Shown: positions 39,964-52,296, counted from the first letter of the stretch. The stretch is 64,000 nt of DNA from an uncultured Chloroflexia bacterium (GCA_963800795.1 CAWDCJ010000012.1:54642-118641); one strand, 5' to 3'. Translations and numbers: made by a program. Notes: a model not told the origin generated them from the letters alone.

Positions 39964-41370
39964 ATGGTCTACGGACCGCACACCCCGGACGACCGGTCGC
40001 GGATGCTGGCCGCGCTCGGGATCGGCTCGGTCGATGCGCTCTTCGACGTCATCCCCCCGTCGGTCCGAGCCCGACCGATGGCACTGCCGGCGGGGATGAC
40101 CGAGCTGGACCTGATGGCACGGCTGCGAGCCCTGGCGGGTCACAACCGGGTGGATCTCGCCAGCTTCCTGGGCGCAGGGGTGTATCGGCACCACCTGCCC
40201 CCGGTCGTGGACCAGATCCTGCTCCGCGGCGAGTTCTACACCGCCTACACGCCGTACCAGCCGGAGATCAGCCAGGGGACGCTCCAGACGATCTACGAGT
40301 ACCAGTCGCTCCTCGCCGAGCTGACGGGCCTGGACGTCGTCTCCGCGTCGCACTACGACGGCGCCACTGCCACCGCCGAGGCGGCGCTCATGACCTGCCG
40401 GGCGACGCGTCGCGAGCGGGTGCTCGTCTCCCGCGGCGTTCATCCTCAGGCTCGCCAGACGCTGGAGACGTACTTCGCGGGGGCGAACCTCGCCTTCGAC
40501 GAAGTGCCCCTCGTGGTCGACGGGCCGGCGGCCGGCACGACGGATCTCGACGCGCTCGAGCGCCTGCTCCACGATCCCGCCCGTCCCGTGGCCGGCGTTG
40601 TGGCGGCGCAGCCCAACGTGCTGGGCCTGCTCGAGCCCATGGACGAGATCAGCCGGCTTGCGCACGCGGCGGGCGCCCTGTTCGTCGCCGCGGTCGAACC
40701 GATCTCCCTGGCCGTGCTCGCGCCACCGGGCGCCTACGGGGCGGACATCGCCGCCGGCGAGGGCCAGCCCCTCGGCATCCCGCCCCAGTACGGGGGACCG
40801 TATCTCGGGATCCTGGCCTGCCGGGATCCCCTCGTCCGCCAGATCCCGGGTCGCCTGATCGGGATGACCAGCGACGCGGACGGTCGGCGGGCCTACGTCA
40901 TGACCATGCGCGCCCGCGAGCAGGACATCCGGCGCGAGAAGGCAGCCAGCAACATCTGCACGAACCAGGCGCTCTGCGCCCTCGCTGCCGCCGTGTACGT
41001 CGCGGCGCTGGGGCCCGGAGGGCTCCGCGACGTGGCCGCGAACTCCGCGGCGCGGGCCACCGAGCTGGCTGCCGCGCTGGCGGACGCCGGGGCGCCGCGC
41101 CTCCACTCGGGCGCGTATCTCAACGAGTTCGCTGTCCGCGTTCCCGACGCGCAGGCCGTCCACCGCCGGCTCCTTCACCGCGGGATCCTGGCCGGGATCC
41201 CGCTCGCGCAGCTGGAACCCGGCGATGCGTCCCTGGCGGACGGCCTGCTCGTCTGTGCCACGGAGTGCACGACGGCGGAGGAGATCGAGCTGTTCGCCTT
41301 CGCGCTCCGCGACGAGCTGGGCGCTCGACCGGGCATGGCGGTCGCGGCGAGCGGGGAGGGGACCCGATGA
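39964..41370 (+). CDS. gcvPA: Glycine dehydrogenase subunit 1
   Basis: EFYTAYTPYQPEISQG, SHYDGATA, GGPYLG, REQDIRREKAASNICTNQ. Confidence 0.95.
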   Translation: MVYGPHTPDDRSRMLAALGIGSVDALFDVIPPSVRARPMALPAGMTELDLMARLRALAGHNRVDLASFLGAGVYRHHLPPVVDQILLRGEFYTAYTPYQPEISQGTLQTIYEYQSLLAELTGLDVVSASHYDGATATAEAALMTCRATRRERVLVSRGVHPQARQTLETYFAGANLAFDEVPLVVDGPAAGTTDLDALERLLHDPARPVAGVVAAQPNVLGLLEPMDEISRLAHAAGALFVAAVEPISLAVLAPPGAYGADIAAGEGQPLGIPPQYGGPYLGILACRDPLVRQIPGRLIGMTSDADGRRAYVMTMRAREQDIRREKAASNICTNQALCALAAAVYVAALGPGGLRDVAANSAARATELAAALADAGAPRLHSGAYLNEFAVRVPDAQAVHRRLLHRGILAGIPLAQLEPGDASLADGLLVCATECTTAEEIELFAFALRDELGARPGMAVAASGEGTR

Positions 41371-42877
41371 GCGTCACCGGACCGAAGCTCCAGCCGACGC
41401 TCTTCGAGCTGTCCGGACCCGGGCGGGCCGCCGGGCGGCGCATCCCGGCCCCGCCCGCCGATGCGCTGGAGCGGATCCCCGCCGCAGCGCTCCGGGACGT
41501 GCCCCCTGCGCTCCCCGAGGTGGACGAGGCGTCGCTCGTCCGTCACTACGTCAACCTCTCGCAGCTGAACTGGGGCGTCGACACGGGCTTCTACCCGCTC
41601 GGCTCGTGCACGATGAAGTACAACCCGAAGGTGAACGAGTGGGCGGCCCGCCTGCCCGGGTTCGCGTCGCTGCACCCGCTCGCGCCCGACGAGACCGCCC
41701 AGGGGACGCTCGAGCTGCTCTGGGAGCTGGAGCGAGACCTCGCGGAGATCAGCGGGATGGACGCGGTGACGCTCCAGCCCGCGGCCGGTGCCCATGGCGA
41801 GCTCACGGGCATCCTCGTCGTGCGGGCCTACCACCGCGCCCGAGGCGACCTGGAGCGGACCGAGGTCCTGATCCCGGACTCGGCGCACGGCACCAACCCC
41901 GCCACGGCGTCGATGGCCGGCTTCCGGACCGTCAACGTCCCCTCCGCGCCCGACGGCGGCGTCGACCTCGAGGCGTTCCGGGCGGCCCTCGGGCCCCGCA
42001 CGGCCGCGATCATGATCACGAACCCATCCACGCTCGGCCTGTTCGAGCGCCGCATCGTCGAGCTCATCGAGCTGGTCCACGCCGCGGGTGCGCTCGCCTA
42101 CATGGACGGCGCCAACCTGAACGCCATGCTCGGCCGCTTCCGGCCTGGCGAGGCGGGCTTCGACGTGATGCACTTCAACGTCCACAAGACGTTCTCCACG
42201 CCCCATGGCGGCGGCGGCCCGGGGGCCGGCCCGGTCGGCGTGCGGTCGCCGCTGATCCCGTTCCTGCCCGCCCCTCGCGTCCTGCGCGAGCCGGACGGGA
42301 CGTTCCGCCTGGAGCGGCCGGGCGAGCGGCCGGCCAGCATCGGCCGGGTGCGCGGCCACGTGGGCAGCGTCGGCATCCTCGTGCGCGCGTGGGCGTACAT
42401 CCGGGCCCACGGCCCGGATGGGCTCCGCGAGGCCAGCGACGATGCCGTGCTGGCCGCCAACTACCTCCGCAGCCGGCTCGAGGCCGGCGGCGCGTTCGAG
42501 GTGCCCTATCCGGGGCCCTGTGCCCACGAGTTCATCGCCTCCGGCGCGCGCGCTCAAGCGGGCGACGGGCGTGCGAACCCTGGACGTCGCCAAGCGGCTG
42601 ATCGACAAGGGCTACCACCCGCCCACGATCTACTTCCCGCACACGGTGGACGAGGCGATGCTCATCGAGCCGACCGAGACGGAGCGTCTCGACACGCTCG
42701 ACGCGTTCGCCGCGGCGCTCCTGGAGATCGCCCGGGAGGCGCACGACACGCCCGATCTCGTCACCGTCGGCGCCGCACTCGGCACCGGTCCGCCGGCTCG
42801 ACGAAGCGACCGCCGCGCGCCAGCCGAACCTGCGCTGGCGTGCCGAGACAGGCCTGCCGGCGCCCCGCCTGGAGTGA
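41367..42877 (+). CDS. gcvPB: Glycine dehydrogenase subunit 2; frameshifts near 42545 and 42770
   Basis: [23 protein letters not shown]-Lys [33 protein letters not shown]. Confidence 0.93.
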
Positions 42878-43113
42878 GCGAGCCCGGTTGAACCGGACCG
42901 GCACCGACGCCGACCCGCGGCTCCGCGCGAGGCGCCGGCCGCCGCGTGCCTTGCCAGGAGCTCACGCCCAGGGACGCGGGCGCGCGCAGGGTCTGTCGGT
43001 CCGCGGGACCTCGCGCTCGTCGCTTCGCGGCTCCCGGCACGCCCTGGGCGCCCCTTCGAGGGCAGGCTAATTCCGCGCGTCTGCGCCGGATTCGATCTGC
43101 TATCCTCCCGCCA

Positions 43114-44045
43114 ATGGTCGGCCGCAGCCTCAAGCAGATCATCTGGGCGCGTCTCCGGCGAGACCGCGTCGCGATGATCTGCCTGGTCATCCTGATCGTG
43201 TTCTACCTGATCGCGATCTTCGGCCCGGTGGTCGCCGGCATGTTCGGCATCTCCCCGTACACCTTCGACCCAGACACGATCAGCGACCTGGGTGGCAAGC
43301 CCGTACGGCGCGTACGGCGGGATCAGCCTGGCGCACCCGCTCGGCGTCGAGTGGGGAACCGGGCGGGACATCTTCGCCCAGCTTCATGTTCGGCCTGCGG
43401 ATCTCGCTCATCATCTCGACCAGCGCCACGGTGATCACCGTGACCATCGGGGTGCTGATCGGCATCATCGCCGGCTACACGAGGGGCGTGACGGACAACC
43501 TGATCGGCCGGCTGATGGACCTGGTGCTCGCGTTCCCGTTCCTGCTGATCGTGCTGGCCCTGTCCTGGGTCCTCACGGATCGGCTGACGCAACTGGGGGT
43601 GCCGGAGGGCAACGCGTCCCGGGTGCTGTACCTGATCCTCGTGATGAGCGTCTTCGGCTGGCCGTATCTTGCCCGTATCGTTCGAGGCCAGGTGCTGAGT
43701 CTCCGCGAGCGCGAGTTCGTCGAGGCCGCGGTGTCGATGGGCGCCGGCCGCCGGCGGATCCTGTTCACCGAGATCCTGCCCAACCTGTGGGCGCCGATCC
43801 TGGTCTATGCGACGCTCACGCTGCCGACCTACATCGGGCTGGAGGCGGCCCTCTCGTTCCTCGGTGTCGGCGTGATCCCGCCCGACACGACGTTCGGCGC
43901 GATGCTCGCCAATTCGGTGACCTACTTCAACGTGGTCCCGACGTACCTGTTCATCCCGGGCACGGTGCTCGTCATCCTGGTCGTGTCGTTCAACCTGTTC
44001 GGCGACTCTCTCCGGGATGCCCTGGATCCAAAGGGAGCCCACTGA
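43114..44045 (+). CDS. Peptide ABC transporter permease (DppC/BldKA-like); frameshifts ~43305-43390
   Basis: RLRRDRVA, HPLGVEWGTGRDIF, REFVEAAVSMGA, FNLFGDSLRDALDPK. Confidence 0.88.
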
Positions 44046-44166
44046 GCCATTCGGCCGACACGCCGGCGGGGCGTGGATCCACCCGGGTTTTACCGTGTGT
44101 CCTTCATGCTCGCGCGTGTACTATCGGATGATGCCGGGCTATCCGGCAGACTTGGAGGAAGCGAGA

Positions 44167-46008
44167 ATGGACAGAACGGACAACGGGTGGTTGCGCGCCT
44201 TGGCGCTCGGCGCCGTTGCCACGCTGGCGCTCAGCGCCTGCGGCGGCTCGACCGCCACGACGACACCGCCAGCCACCCGCCTCGACAGGCCCCGGGGGCC
44301 ACGACCCAGCCGAGCAGCGGCTACCGCGCATCGGGGGCCCGACGATCCGGCGGCACGATCTACTGCTGACCCAGGCGGACCAGTTCGACCAGATCGACCC
44401 GCAGCGCGCCTACACCGGAGAGGACCTCGCCTTCTTCTCGGCCACGATCTACCGGTCGCTCGAGGCGTACACCTATTCGCCGGACAACCCAACCGCATCG
44501 AAGCTGACGCCGGACCTGGCGACCGACCTCGGCACGCCCAGCGAACGGCGCCAAGACGTGGACCTTCACGCTCCGCGATGGCGTCACGTTCCAGGACGGC
44601 TCGCCGATCACGTGCGCGGACCTCGCCTACGGCATCTCGCGGACGTTCGCGACCGACGTGATCAACCAGGGTCCGACCTACGCGATCCAGTTCCTCGACA
44701 TCCCGAGCGATGCCAAGGGCAACTCGCAATACCCGGGCCCGTACAAGGCCACCGCGGCCCAGCAGGCCCTGTTCGACAAGGCCGTCACCTGCTCCGCCGA
44801 CGGCAAGACGATCACGTTCAACCTGAGCAAGCCGGTACGCGGACTTCAACTACACCATGACGCTCGGGTTCTCGCCGGTTCCCAAGGCCGCCGACACGGG
44901 CGAGTCCTACGGCGTCGCCAAGCCGCCGATGGCCTCCGGCCCGTACATGGTCCAGAGCTACACGACCGGCAACGGCGGCAAGATGGTCCTCGTCCGGAAC
45001 CCCAAGTGGAGCCAGGCGAGCGACCCGTACCGCCATCCCTATCCCGACAGTTGGGAGGTCGACTTCGGGCTCGACCCGAAGGTCATCGACCAGCGGCTGA
45101 TCCAGAGCTCGGGCAACGACCAGACCGCCATCTCGTACGCCGGGATGCAGCCCGAGAACCTGGCCACCGTGTTCACGGACCCCAAGACGGCGCTCCCGCG
45201 TTCGCCGGGCGCGTCCGTCAGCGACTATGACATCTACACCCGGTACCTTTGGATCAACGTCCAGAAGGTCACGAACCTGCAAGATCCGCGAGGCCATGGC
45301 GGCCGCGCTCGACCGAAGCGCCATGCGGAAGAACCTCGGCGGTGACTTCTACGGTGACTATGCCGACGGAGCGGTCAAGCCGAACATCGGCCAGGACTAC
45401 GCCCCGACGGGATTGTGGACGACCTTGCTCGGCCAGGCGATCCCGGACACGGGTGACCCGGCGTACGCAAAGCACGCTGATCGCCAAGTCGGGCGTGGCT
45501 GCGCCGACGATCACCTACAACTACCCGGATACCCCCTCGCGCGGCAAGGAGGCTGCGATCATCCAGGCCTCGCTCCAGGCGGCCGGGTTCACGGTCAAGC
45601 TGGCGCCGCTCCCGACGGGCTCGTACTACAGCACCGTGTTCGATCCCACGAAGGCGGGCGACTTCGGCTACGGTGGCTGGGGCGCCGACTGGCCGAATGC
45701 CTCGACCGTCATCCCGGACCTGTTCACCCAGAAGGGCGGATGGGACCTGTCGCAGGTCGATGACGCAGCCTTCAACGCCGAGGTCCTTGCAGCAGGTGCC
45801 GAGACCGACCGCGCGAAGCAGGCGAGCGACTGGCAGGCCCTCAACACGGAGACGATCGAAGAACGTCTGGCTCATCCCGACCTTCTTCGGGCTCGCGCAG
45901 GACATGGTCGGATCCAAGCTGGCCACCACCACCGGTCCCAACGGCGGCTTGTACCTCTGGGGTCCCTACGGCTCGAAGCCGTACGGCGACATGTACGTCA
46001 AGCAGTAA
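44167..46008 (+). CDS. Peptide ABC substrate-binding lipoprotein (BldKB-like); multiple frameshifts
   Basis: Lipobox LALSAC, IDPQRAY, PDLATD, TFTLRDGVTFQDG, SGPY, WGADWP. Confidence 0.8.
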
Positions 46009-46109
46009 CCGGATCGGTCGTAGCTAGAACCTCAACCACCGCCCCCCGGCGAGCGGCCTCGCCGCTCCCCCGGGGGTGCAACTATCCGGACGTAGGGGAA
46101 GGCAAGCCC

Positions 46110-47103
46110 GTGGTCGCATATCTCGTTCGCCGAGTCCTCCTGATGGTCGCGCTCTTGTTCATCCTCACTGCCACGGTCTTCTTCCTGTTCAACCTCCTGC
46201 CGGGCGACCCGGCCCGGCTCACCTGCGGCAAGGCCTGCAGTCCCCAGATCATCGAGGCAAACCGGCATCGCCTCGGGCTGGATGACCAGCCGATCCTGAC
46301 GCAGTACGTGGAGTTCTTTCGGGGTCTGGTCGTCGGGCGCACCTTCTCCCCGGACTCGCCGGAACCCATCGTCTGCCATGCCCCGTGCCTCGGTTACTCG
46401 TTCAACCGCCATGCGCAGGTCATGACCTGATCGCCACGGCCGCCCCGGTCACCTTCTGGTTGGCGATCGGGGCGTTCCTCATGTGGATCATCGCCGGGCG
46501 TATCGCTGGGCATCTTTGCCGCGCTCCACCAGGGGGCTGGCCGGACCGGCTGGTGATGGGCGTCTCGCTCGTCGGCTACTCGATGCCCTCGTTCTTCATC
46601 GGCCTGATCCTCGTCTTCTTCGTCATCCTCAAGCTGGCGTGGCTGCCGTTCCCGGCGTACGTGTCGCCGTTCACTAACCCGTTCCAGTTCCTGCAGACGA
46701 TGATCCTTCCCTGGATCGTGCTCGCGGTCCTGTACACGGCGTTCTACATGCGCCTGACCCGCAACCAGGTCCTCGAGACCTTCAACGAGGACTACGTGCG
46801 GACGGCACGCGCCAAGGGCCTGCCGGAGCGCACGGTGGTGGTCAAGCACGCCCTCCGGGCGGGGTTGACGCCCCTGGTCACGGCCGCCGGGCTGGACCTC
46901 GCGGGCCTCCTTGGTGGGGCCATCATCCCGGAGAACATCTTCAGCCTGCCCGGGCTTGGCTCGCTCGCCGTCAACTCGGTCCTGACCTCGGACCTCCCCT
47001 GATCACCGGGATCACGCTGTTCACGGCGACGATCATCATCGTCGCGAACCTGCTCGTCGACCTGCTGTACGCGGTCGTCGACCCGCGAGTGAGGATCACC
47101 TGA
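46110..47103 (+). CDS. Peptide ABC transporter permease (DppB/BldKC-like); frameshifts
   Basis: YLVRR, DPARLTCGKAC, CHAPCLGYSF, EDYVRTARAKGL, NLLVDLLYAVVDPR. Confidence 0.85.
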
Positions 47104-48159
47104 TGCCGCCCGGCTCCCCGGCCGAGCGGCCGTTCCTGTCGGTGGACAACCTCGCCGTCTCCTTCCCCACCGAGGACGGCCTGGTCCTTGCGGTCGACGG
47201 CGTCTCGCTCTCGGTCGAGCGTGGCCGGACGCTCGCGATCGTCGGCGAATCGGGCTCGGGCAAGAGCGTGACCGCCCAGGCGATCATGGGCCTCATCGAC
47301 CGGAAGACCGCCAAGGTGACGGGCAACATCTGGCTCGACGGACAGGAGCTGATCGGCCTGCCCGCGGACGAGGTCCAGGCGCTGCGTGGCGACCAGATGG
47401 CGATGATCTTCCAGGACCCGATGTCGAGCCTGCATCCGTTCTACCGGATCGGCGACCAGATCACCGAGGCCATCGGTGCCCACCGGTCGATCGGCAAGGC
47501 CGCGGCCCGCCGCGAGACGATCGACATGCTCCGCCGTGTCGGGATCCCGGCGGTCGAGCGGCGCGTGGACGACTACCCGCACCAGCTGTCGGGCGGGATG
47601 CGGCAACGCGTGATGATCGCGATGGCCCTGATCAACTCTCCCGCGCTGCTGATCGCGGACGAGCCCACGACGGCGCTCGACGTCACCGTGCAGGCCCAGA
47701 TCCTCGAGCTGATTGCGAGCCTCCAGGGCGAGTTCGGGATCACCGTGATCATGATCACCCACGATCTCGGGATCGTCGCCGACGTTGCCGACGACGTGGC
47801 GGTGATGTACGGCGGCCGGATCGTCGAGGTCGCGCCCACCGGGGTGCTTTACGACCGGCCAGAGATGCCCTACACGCTGGGGCTGCTGGCCTCCATCCCG
47901 CGGATGGACCGCGAGCCGTCTTCGCGGCTTGACGCCATCCCGGGCAACCCGCCGTCGCCGATTCAAGCTGCCCCCCGGCTGCGTGTTCCAGCCGCGATGC
48001 ACGTACTCGGACCGGGTCAGGGACGGGGCGTGCGAGCGCGTTCGGCCCGAGCTCCTGTCCGTCGCGCCCGATCACCTCGTCCGCTGCCACCTGCCGGCCG
48101 AAGAACGCCAGCAGATCTCGCGTGACGTGTTCCGCCTCCTTGCCGGAGGCCCCAAGTGA
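47103..48159 (+). CDS. Peptide ABC ATPase (DppD-like); frameshift near 47962
   Basis: GESGSGKS, LSGGMRQR, ADEPTTALD, C-terminal GCVFQPRC...C...CH. Confidence 0.9.
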
Positions 48160-49246
48160 CGATCGAGACGAGCGAGATCCTCCGCGTCTCCGACCTTCGC
48201 ACGTACTTCCCCGTCAGGTCGCAGGGGATCATCCCGCACAAGATCGGCGACGTGAAGGCGGTCGACGGTATCGAGCCTCACGCTCGCGGCTGGCGAGACT
48301 CTCGGGCTGGTGGGCGAGAGCGGGTCGGGCAAGACGACGGCCGCCCGGTCGATCCTGATGCTCGTCCGTCCCACAAGCGGGCGGATCGAGATCGACGGCC
48401 AGGAGATCACTGGCCTCTCGTCGAAGGCGTTGGTGCCCGTTCGGCGCAAGGCGCAGATGATCTTCCAGGATCCCTACAACGCCCTGAACCCTCGCCACAC
48501 CGTGGGCGGGATCATCAGCGCGCCGTTCAACATCCAGGGGGTGAAGCCGCCCGGCGGGGTCAGGGCCGCCGTCCAGGAGCTGATGGAGCGGGTCGGCCTG
48601 AACCCGGAGCACTACAACCGGTATCCGAACGAGTTCTCCGGCGGCCAGCGCCAGCGGATCGGGATCGCCAGGGCGATCGCGCTGCGTCCGAAGCTGATCG
48701 TGTGCGACGAGCCCGTCTCGGCGCTCGACGTCTCGATCCAGGCCCAGATTCTCAACCTGCTGCGGGATCTCCAGCAGGAGTTCGGGATCGGCTACCTGTT
48801 CGTCGCCCACGACCTGGCGGTCGTCCGCCAGATCTCGCACCGCGTCGCGGTCATGTACCTCGGCCACATCGTCGAGACGGCGCCGCGGCGCGATGATCTA
48901 CGCGGGCCCGCTCCATCCGTACACGCACTCGCTGCTCTCGGCCGTGCCGATCCCGGATCCGAAGCGACAACGGGAGCGCAACCGGATCATGCTCCAGGGC
49001 GACCTCCCGAGCCCGATCAACCCGCCCAGCGGGTGCGTCTTCCGGACGCGCTGCTTCCAGGCACAGGAGCGGTGCAGCGTGGAGGTGCCGCCCCTCGTGG
49101 AGGTGGCGCCGGGTCACAAGGTGGCCTGCCACTTCCCGGTCGCGACGCTGCCTACCGGTCTGTCGACGGGCCGAACTGCGCCGGTCGTTCAGCCCATCGT
49201 TCCGGTTCGTCACCCACAGGCCGTCCTCAATCAAGGGTATCGGTGA
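48156..49246 (+). CDS. Peptide ABC ATPase (DppF-like); frameshifts near 48275 and 48890
   Basis: [39 protein letters not shown]. Confidence 0.9.
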
Positions 49247-49321
49247 CTGGCTCGGGTCAATGCTCGCTGTGAATGACGTCGCGGCAGGCGACTCGACGAC
49301 GCGGGTGAGGGCCCCCCTCCG

Positions 49322-51424
49322 TTGGCCGTCGGCCCTTTGCCCCCGGTGCCGGACGCAGGCCCGCACATCCATACGCCGCGGATCGTCCTGACGGACGAGT
49401 CCCGTCTCCGGCAAGCCCGCCGTCCGGCTGCCGGCTCCACGCGCGCTGCGGGCGTCGCGAGCCCCTGGCCTCGCCGGGTGATTGGCCTGCTCGCCGCGGC
49501 CGCGATCGTCGCGAGCGCGTGCGGCACACCCGCGCCGAGCGAGGGAGTCCCGCCATCCCCGTCCGCGACGGCAGCCGCGGGCGCATCGGCGGACTTCCGC
49601 TTCGCCATCGACGGCGAGCCGACGTACTTCTCGCCGTCGAGCACGGACCAAGCGACCTCGTGGGTCAACCACCTCATCTACACGGGCCTCTACCGCGTCA
49701 ACAACACGGGCGACGTCGTGCCGGACCTCGCCACGGCGATGCCCGAGATCGGCGCCGATGGCCGGACCCTCACGATCAGGATCCGGACTGATGCCAGGTG
49801 GCACGACGGGTCGCTGGTCACGTCGGCCGACGCCAAGTTCACATTCGACATCGCGATGTCGCCGAAATGCACCTTCAACCCGACCACCTGCACCACGTGG
49901 CAACAGCACGTCGGATCGGTCGAGGCGCCGTCCCCGGCCACGCTCGTCGTCACCCTCAAGGATCCGTACGCGCCGATCTACATGCTTGGGCTGACGCTGG
50001 GCCTCGTGCCGAAGGCCGCCACCGAGGCGTCGTACGCGAGGTTCGTGACCGGTTCGAGCGCTGTCGACCCGGCTGCCACGGCGACACTCGCCACCCGGAT
50101 CTCCACTGCGCAGGGCAATCCCGTGTGCACCGGCGTCACGCCGCCGGGCTCCTGCAGCGCGTCCTTCTTCGGAGCCGACATGGAGGCGATCCTGACCTCC
50201 GCCGGCATCGCCCTTCCCGACCAGGCCAGATTCGTCCGCGCCGACGGCACGTTGGATCCCGCCGCGTACGCGGGTGCCCTGCTGGCCCAGCTCACCGATC
50301 TCAACGCCACGCTTCACGCCAGCGCGCCCGACAGGCTAGCGGCCGCCTACCGGCTCCTGGACATCAACCTTCATCCGGTCGGCTCCGGACCTTACAGCTT
50401 CGTCCGGTACACGCCGGGCCGGAGCGTCGAGCTCGCCCGCTTCGTCGGTTACTACCTGGTCACGCCCGGTCCGGCCAACGTCCTGGTCCTGATCATCAAG
50501 GCGGCGGCCGCGGCTGCGGAGGCACTCCAGTCCGGCGAGATCGACTGGCTGCCCGACATCGCGTCATCCGACAGCCTGCCTGCCCTGAAGGCCGATCCGA
50601 CGCTCCGACTCTCCGAGTATCCCGAGCCTTCCTACCTCTACGTCGGGTTCAACGTTCGCTCGGGCCATCCGTTCTCCGACCTTGTTGCTCGCCAGGCGTT
50701 TGCGATGTGCATTGACCATGACGCCACCGTCCAGGCCGCGACCCAGGGGAGCGCCATCCCGGTCAACGCCGAGGTCCCTCCGGGCTCGTTCTTCTTTGAT
50801 CCGACCGTCCCCGACTACCAGTTCAACGTCGCGGGCGCCCGGGCGCTCCTGGAGAAGGACGGGTACACGCTCTCGGACGGCGTCTACACGAAAGCCGGGA
50901 TTGCGCTCAAGGCGGACCTCTACGTGCGCCAGGACAAACCGCAGCGCGTGGCATTCGCCCTGCTGGCGCGGGACCAGGTTGCCAAGTGCGGGATCGAGAT
51001 CACGGTCCGCGAGGCGGACTACGCGACGGTCCTGGTGTCGCTCCTGTCCTATCCCAACAACTTCGAGCTCTACCTCGGCGGCTGGGGGGACCTTGTCGAC
51101 CCCGAGGATTCCAGCATCTTCGGGTGCAGCCACGTCACAAGCAAGGCGGCCCCGTTCGAGAACAACTTCACTGGCTACTGCGATCCCAAGCTGGACGCCC
51201 TCCAGGCGGCCGCAGCCCAGCAGCTCGATCGGACCAAGCGCAAGGCGATCCTGGCACAGGTCCAGCACTACCTGCATGACCGGGGCCCGTACTACTTCCT
51301 GTGGACGGACCTGGGACACCGCGGCTACAGCGCCAGGGTCGGCACCAACGGCAGCGAGGGCCCCATCGACTACACGTCCTTCTACGACTGGTGGAACATG
51401 GACAGCTGGGTCGTCGGACCGTGA
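49322..51424 (+). CDS. Orphan family-5 solute-binding lipoprotein with a large insertion; start uncertain
   Basis: Lipobox IVASAC, PDLA, ARWHDG...VTSADAKFTF, PVGSGPY, RQAFAMCID, NFTGYCDP. Confidence 0.88.
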   Translation: MAVGPLPPVPDAGPHIHTPRIVLTDESRLRQARRPAAGSTRAAGVASPWPRRVIGLLAAAAIVASACGTPAPSEGVPPSPSATAAAGASADFRFAIDGEPTYFSPSSTDQATSWVNHLIYTGLYRVNNTGDVVPDLATAMPEIGADGRTLTIRIRTDARWHDGSLVTSADAKFTFDIAMSPKCTFNPTTCTTWQQHVGSVEAPSPATLVVTLKDPYAPIYMLGLTLGLVPKAATEASYARFVTGSSAVDPAATATLATRISTAQGNPVCTGVTPPGSCSASFFGADMEAILTSAGIALPDQARFVRADGTLDPAAYAGALLAQLTDLNATLHASAPDRLAAAYRLLDINLHPVGSGPYSFVRYTPGRSVELARFVGYYLVTPGPANVLVLIIKAAAAAAEALQSGEIDWLPDIASSDSLPALKADPTLRLSEYPEPSYLYVGFNVRSGHPFSDLVARQAFAMCIDHDATVQAATQGSAIPVNAEVPPGSFFFDPTVPDYQFNVAGARALLEKDGYTLSDGVYTKAGIALKADLYVRQDKPQRVAFALLARDQVAKCGIEITVREADYATVLVSLLSYPNNFELYLGGWGDLVDPEDSSIFGCSHVTSKAAPFENNFTGYCDPKLDALQAAAAQQLDRTKRKAILAQVQHYLHDRGPYYFLWTDLGHRGYSARVGTNGSEGPIDYTSFYDWWNMDSWVVGP

Positions 51425-51426
51425 GG

Positions 51427-52296
51427 GTGACAGCCGGCGTCCATGGTCCGGGATTCCAGTCGATGACTGGTCTGGCGGGGACGCGGGCCGGGCGCGTGGA
51501 CGACCTCATCGAACGGGTCGAACGATCGCGCTGGCGGAACCTGCTTGCCTACGCCACGGCGTACCGCGCGGTCTACGCAAACGCCAGGACGACCACCCGG
51601 CAGCTTGCCGGAGGGATCGCGTCCTGCACCGAAACGGGGTCGCCGGTCAACGGCCTCTCGGCTGCCGGACTGACCGAGCCCATCACCGACCAAGGGCTGG
51701 CCAGGGTCGAGTCCTTCTTCGCCGAGCTCGGGAGCGGGTTCGAGGCGTGGGTGGCACCGGAGCGGGACTTGGCCCCGTTCGTGGCTCGCGGCTACCAGGG
51801 TCCAACCACGATCCGGGTCTTCAGCCGCGCGGCCGTGCCGGTCGATGCCATTCCCGGCCCGATCACCGTCGAGCAGGTGAGGAGCGGCTCGACCGACGAA
51901 GGTGAGACATACGGACGGCTGGCCGCAGCGGCCTTCGGCTCCGCTTCCCCGGTCATGATCCACCTGTTCGCCGCGTTCTTCGCAGTACCGGGCACCAGGC
52001 TGTATCGCGCCAGCGTCGATGGGGCGGTCGCGGGGGTCGCACGGCTCGTGATCGACGGCGATCTCGCCGAATTCGGCGGCGGCGCGACCCTGCCCGAGTT
52101 CCGCGGTCGCGGCGTCCAGCAGGCCATGCTCCGTCACCGGATCAACGAGGCATGCGCGGCCGGGTGTTCGATCCTGGTCACCGAAGCCGAGCCCGAGACC
52201 GGATCGGCGCGCAACATCCTTCGCGCCGGGTTCGAGGCGGCGTTCGGCTACTCGGTCTTCAGGTGTCCGGGACCGGATCCCGCAGCCGAACGCTGA
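51427..52296 (+). CDS. GNAT N-acetyltransferase
   Basis: C-terminal ATLPEFRGRGVQQAML, SARNILRAGF. Confidence 0.8.
   Translation: MTAGVHGPGFQSMTGLAGTRAGRVDDLIERVERSRWRNLLAYATAYRAVYANARTTTRQLAGGIASCTETGSPVNGLSAAGLTEPITDQGLARVESFFAELGSGFEAWVAPERDLAPFVARGYQGPTTIRVFSRAAVPVDAIPGPITVEQVRSGSTDEGETYGRLAAAAFGSASPVMIHLFAAFFAVPGTRLYRASVDGAVAGVARLVIDGDLAEFGGGATLPEFRGRGVQQAMLRHRINEACAAGCSILVTEAEPETGSARNILRAGFEAAFGYSVFRCPGPDPAAER

Noticed and set aside
46040-46080. Strong hairpin after the first SBP gene as an sRNA
   Set aside because: Typical intra-operon stabiliser or attenuator after SBP genes; the same pattern follows dppA
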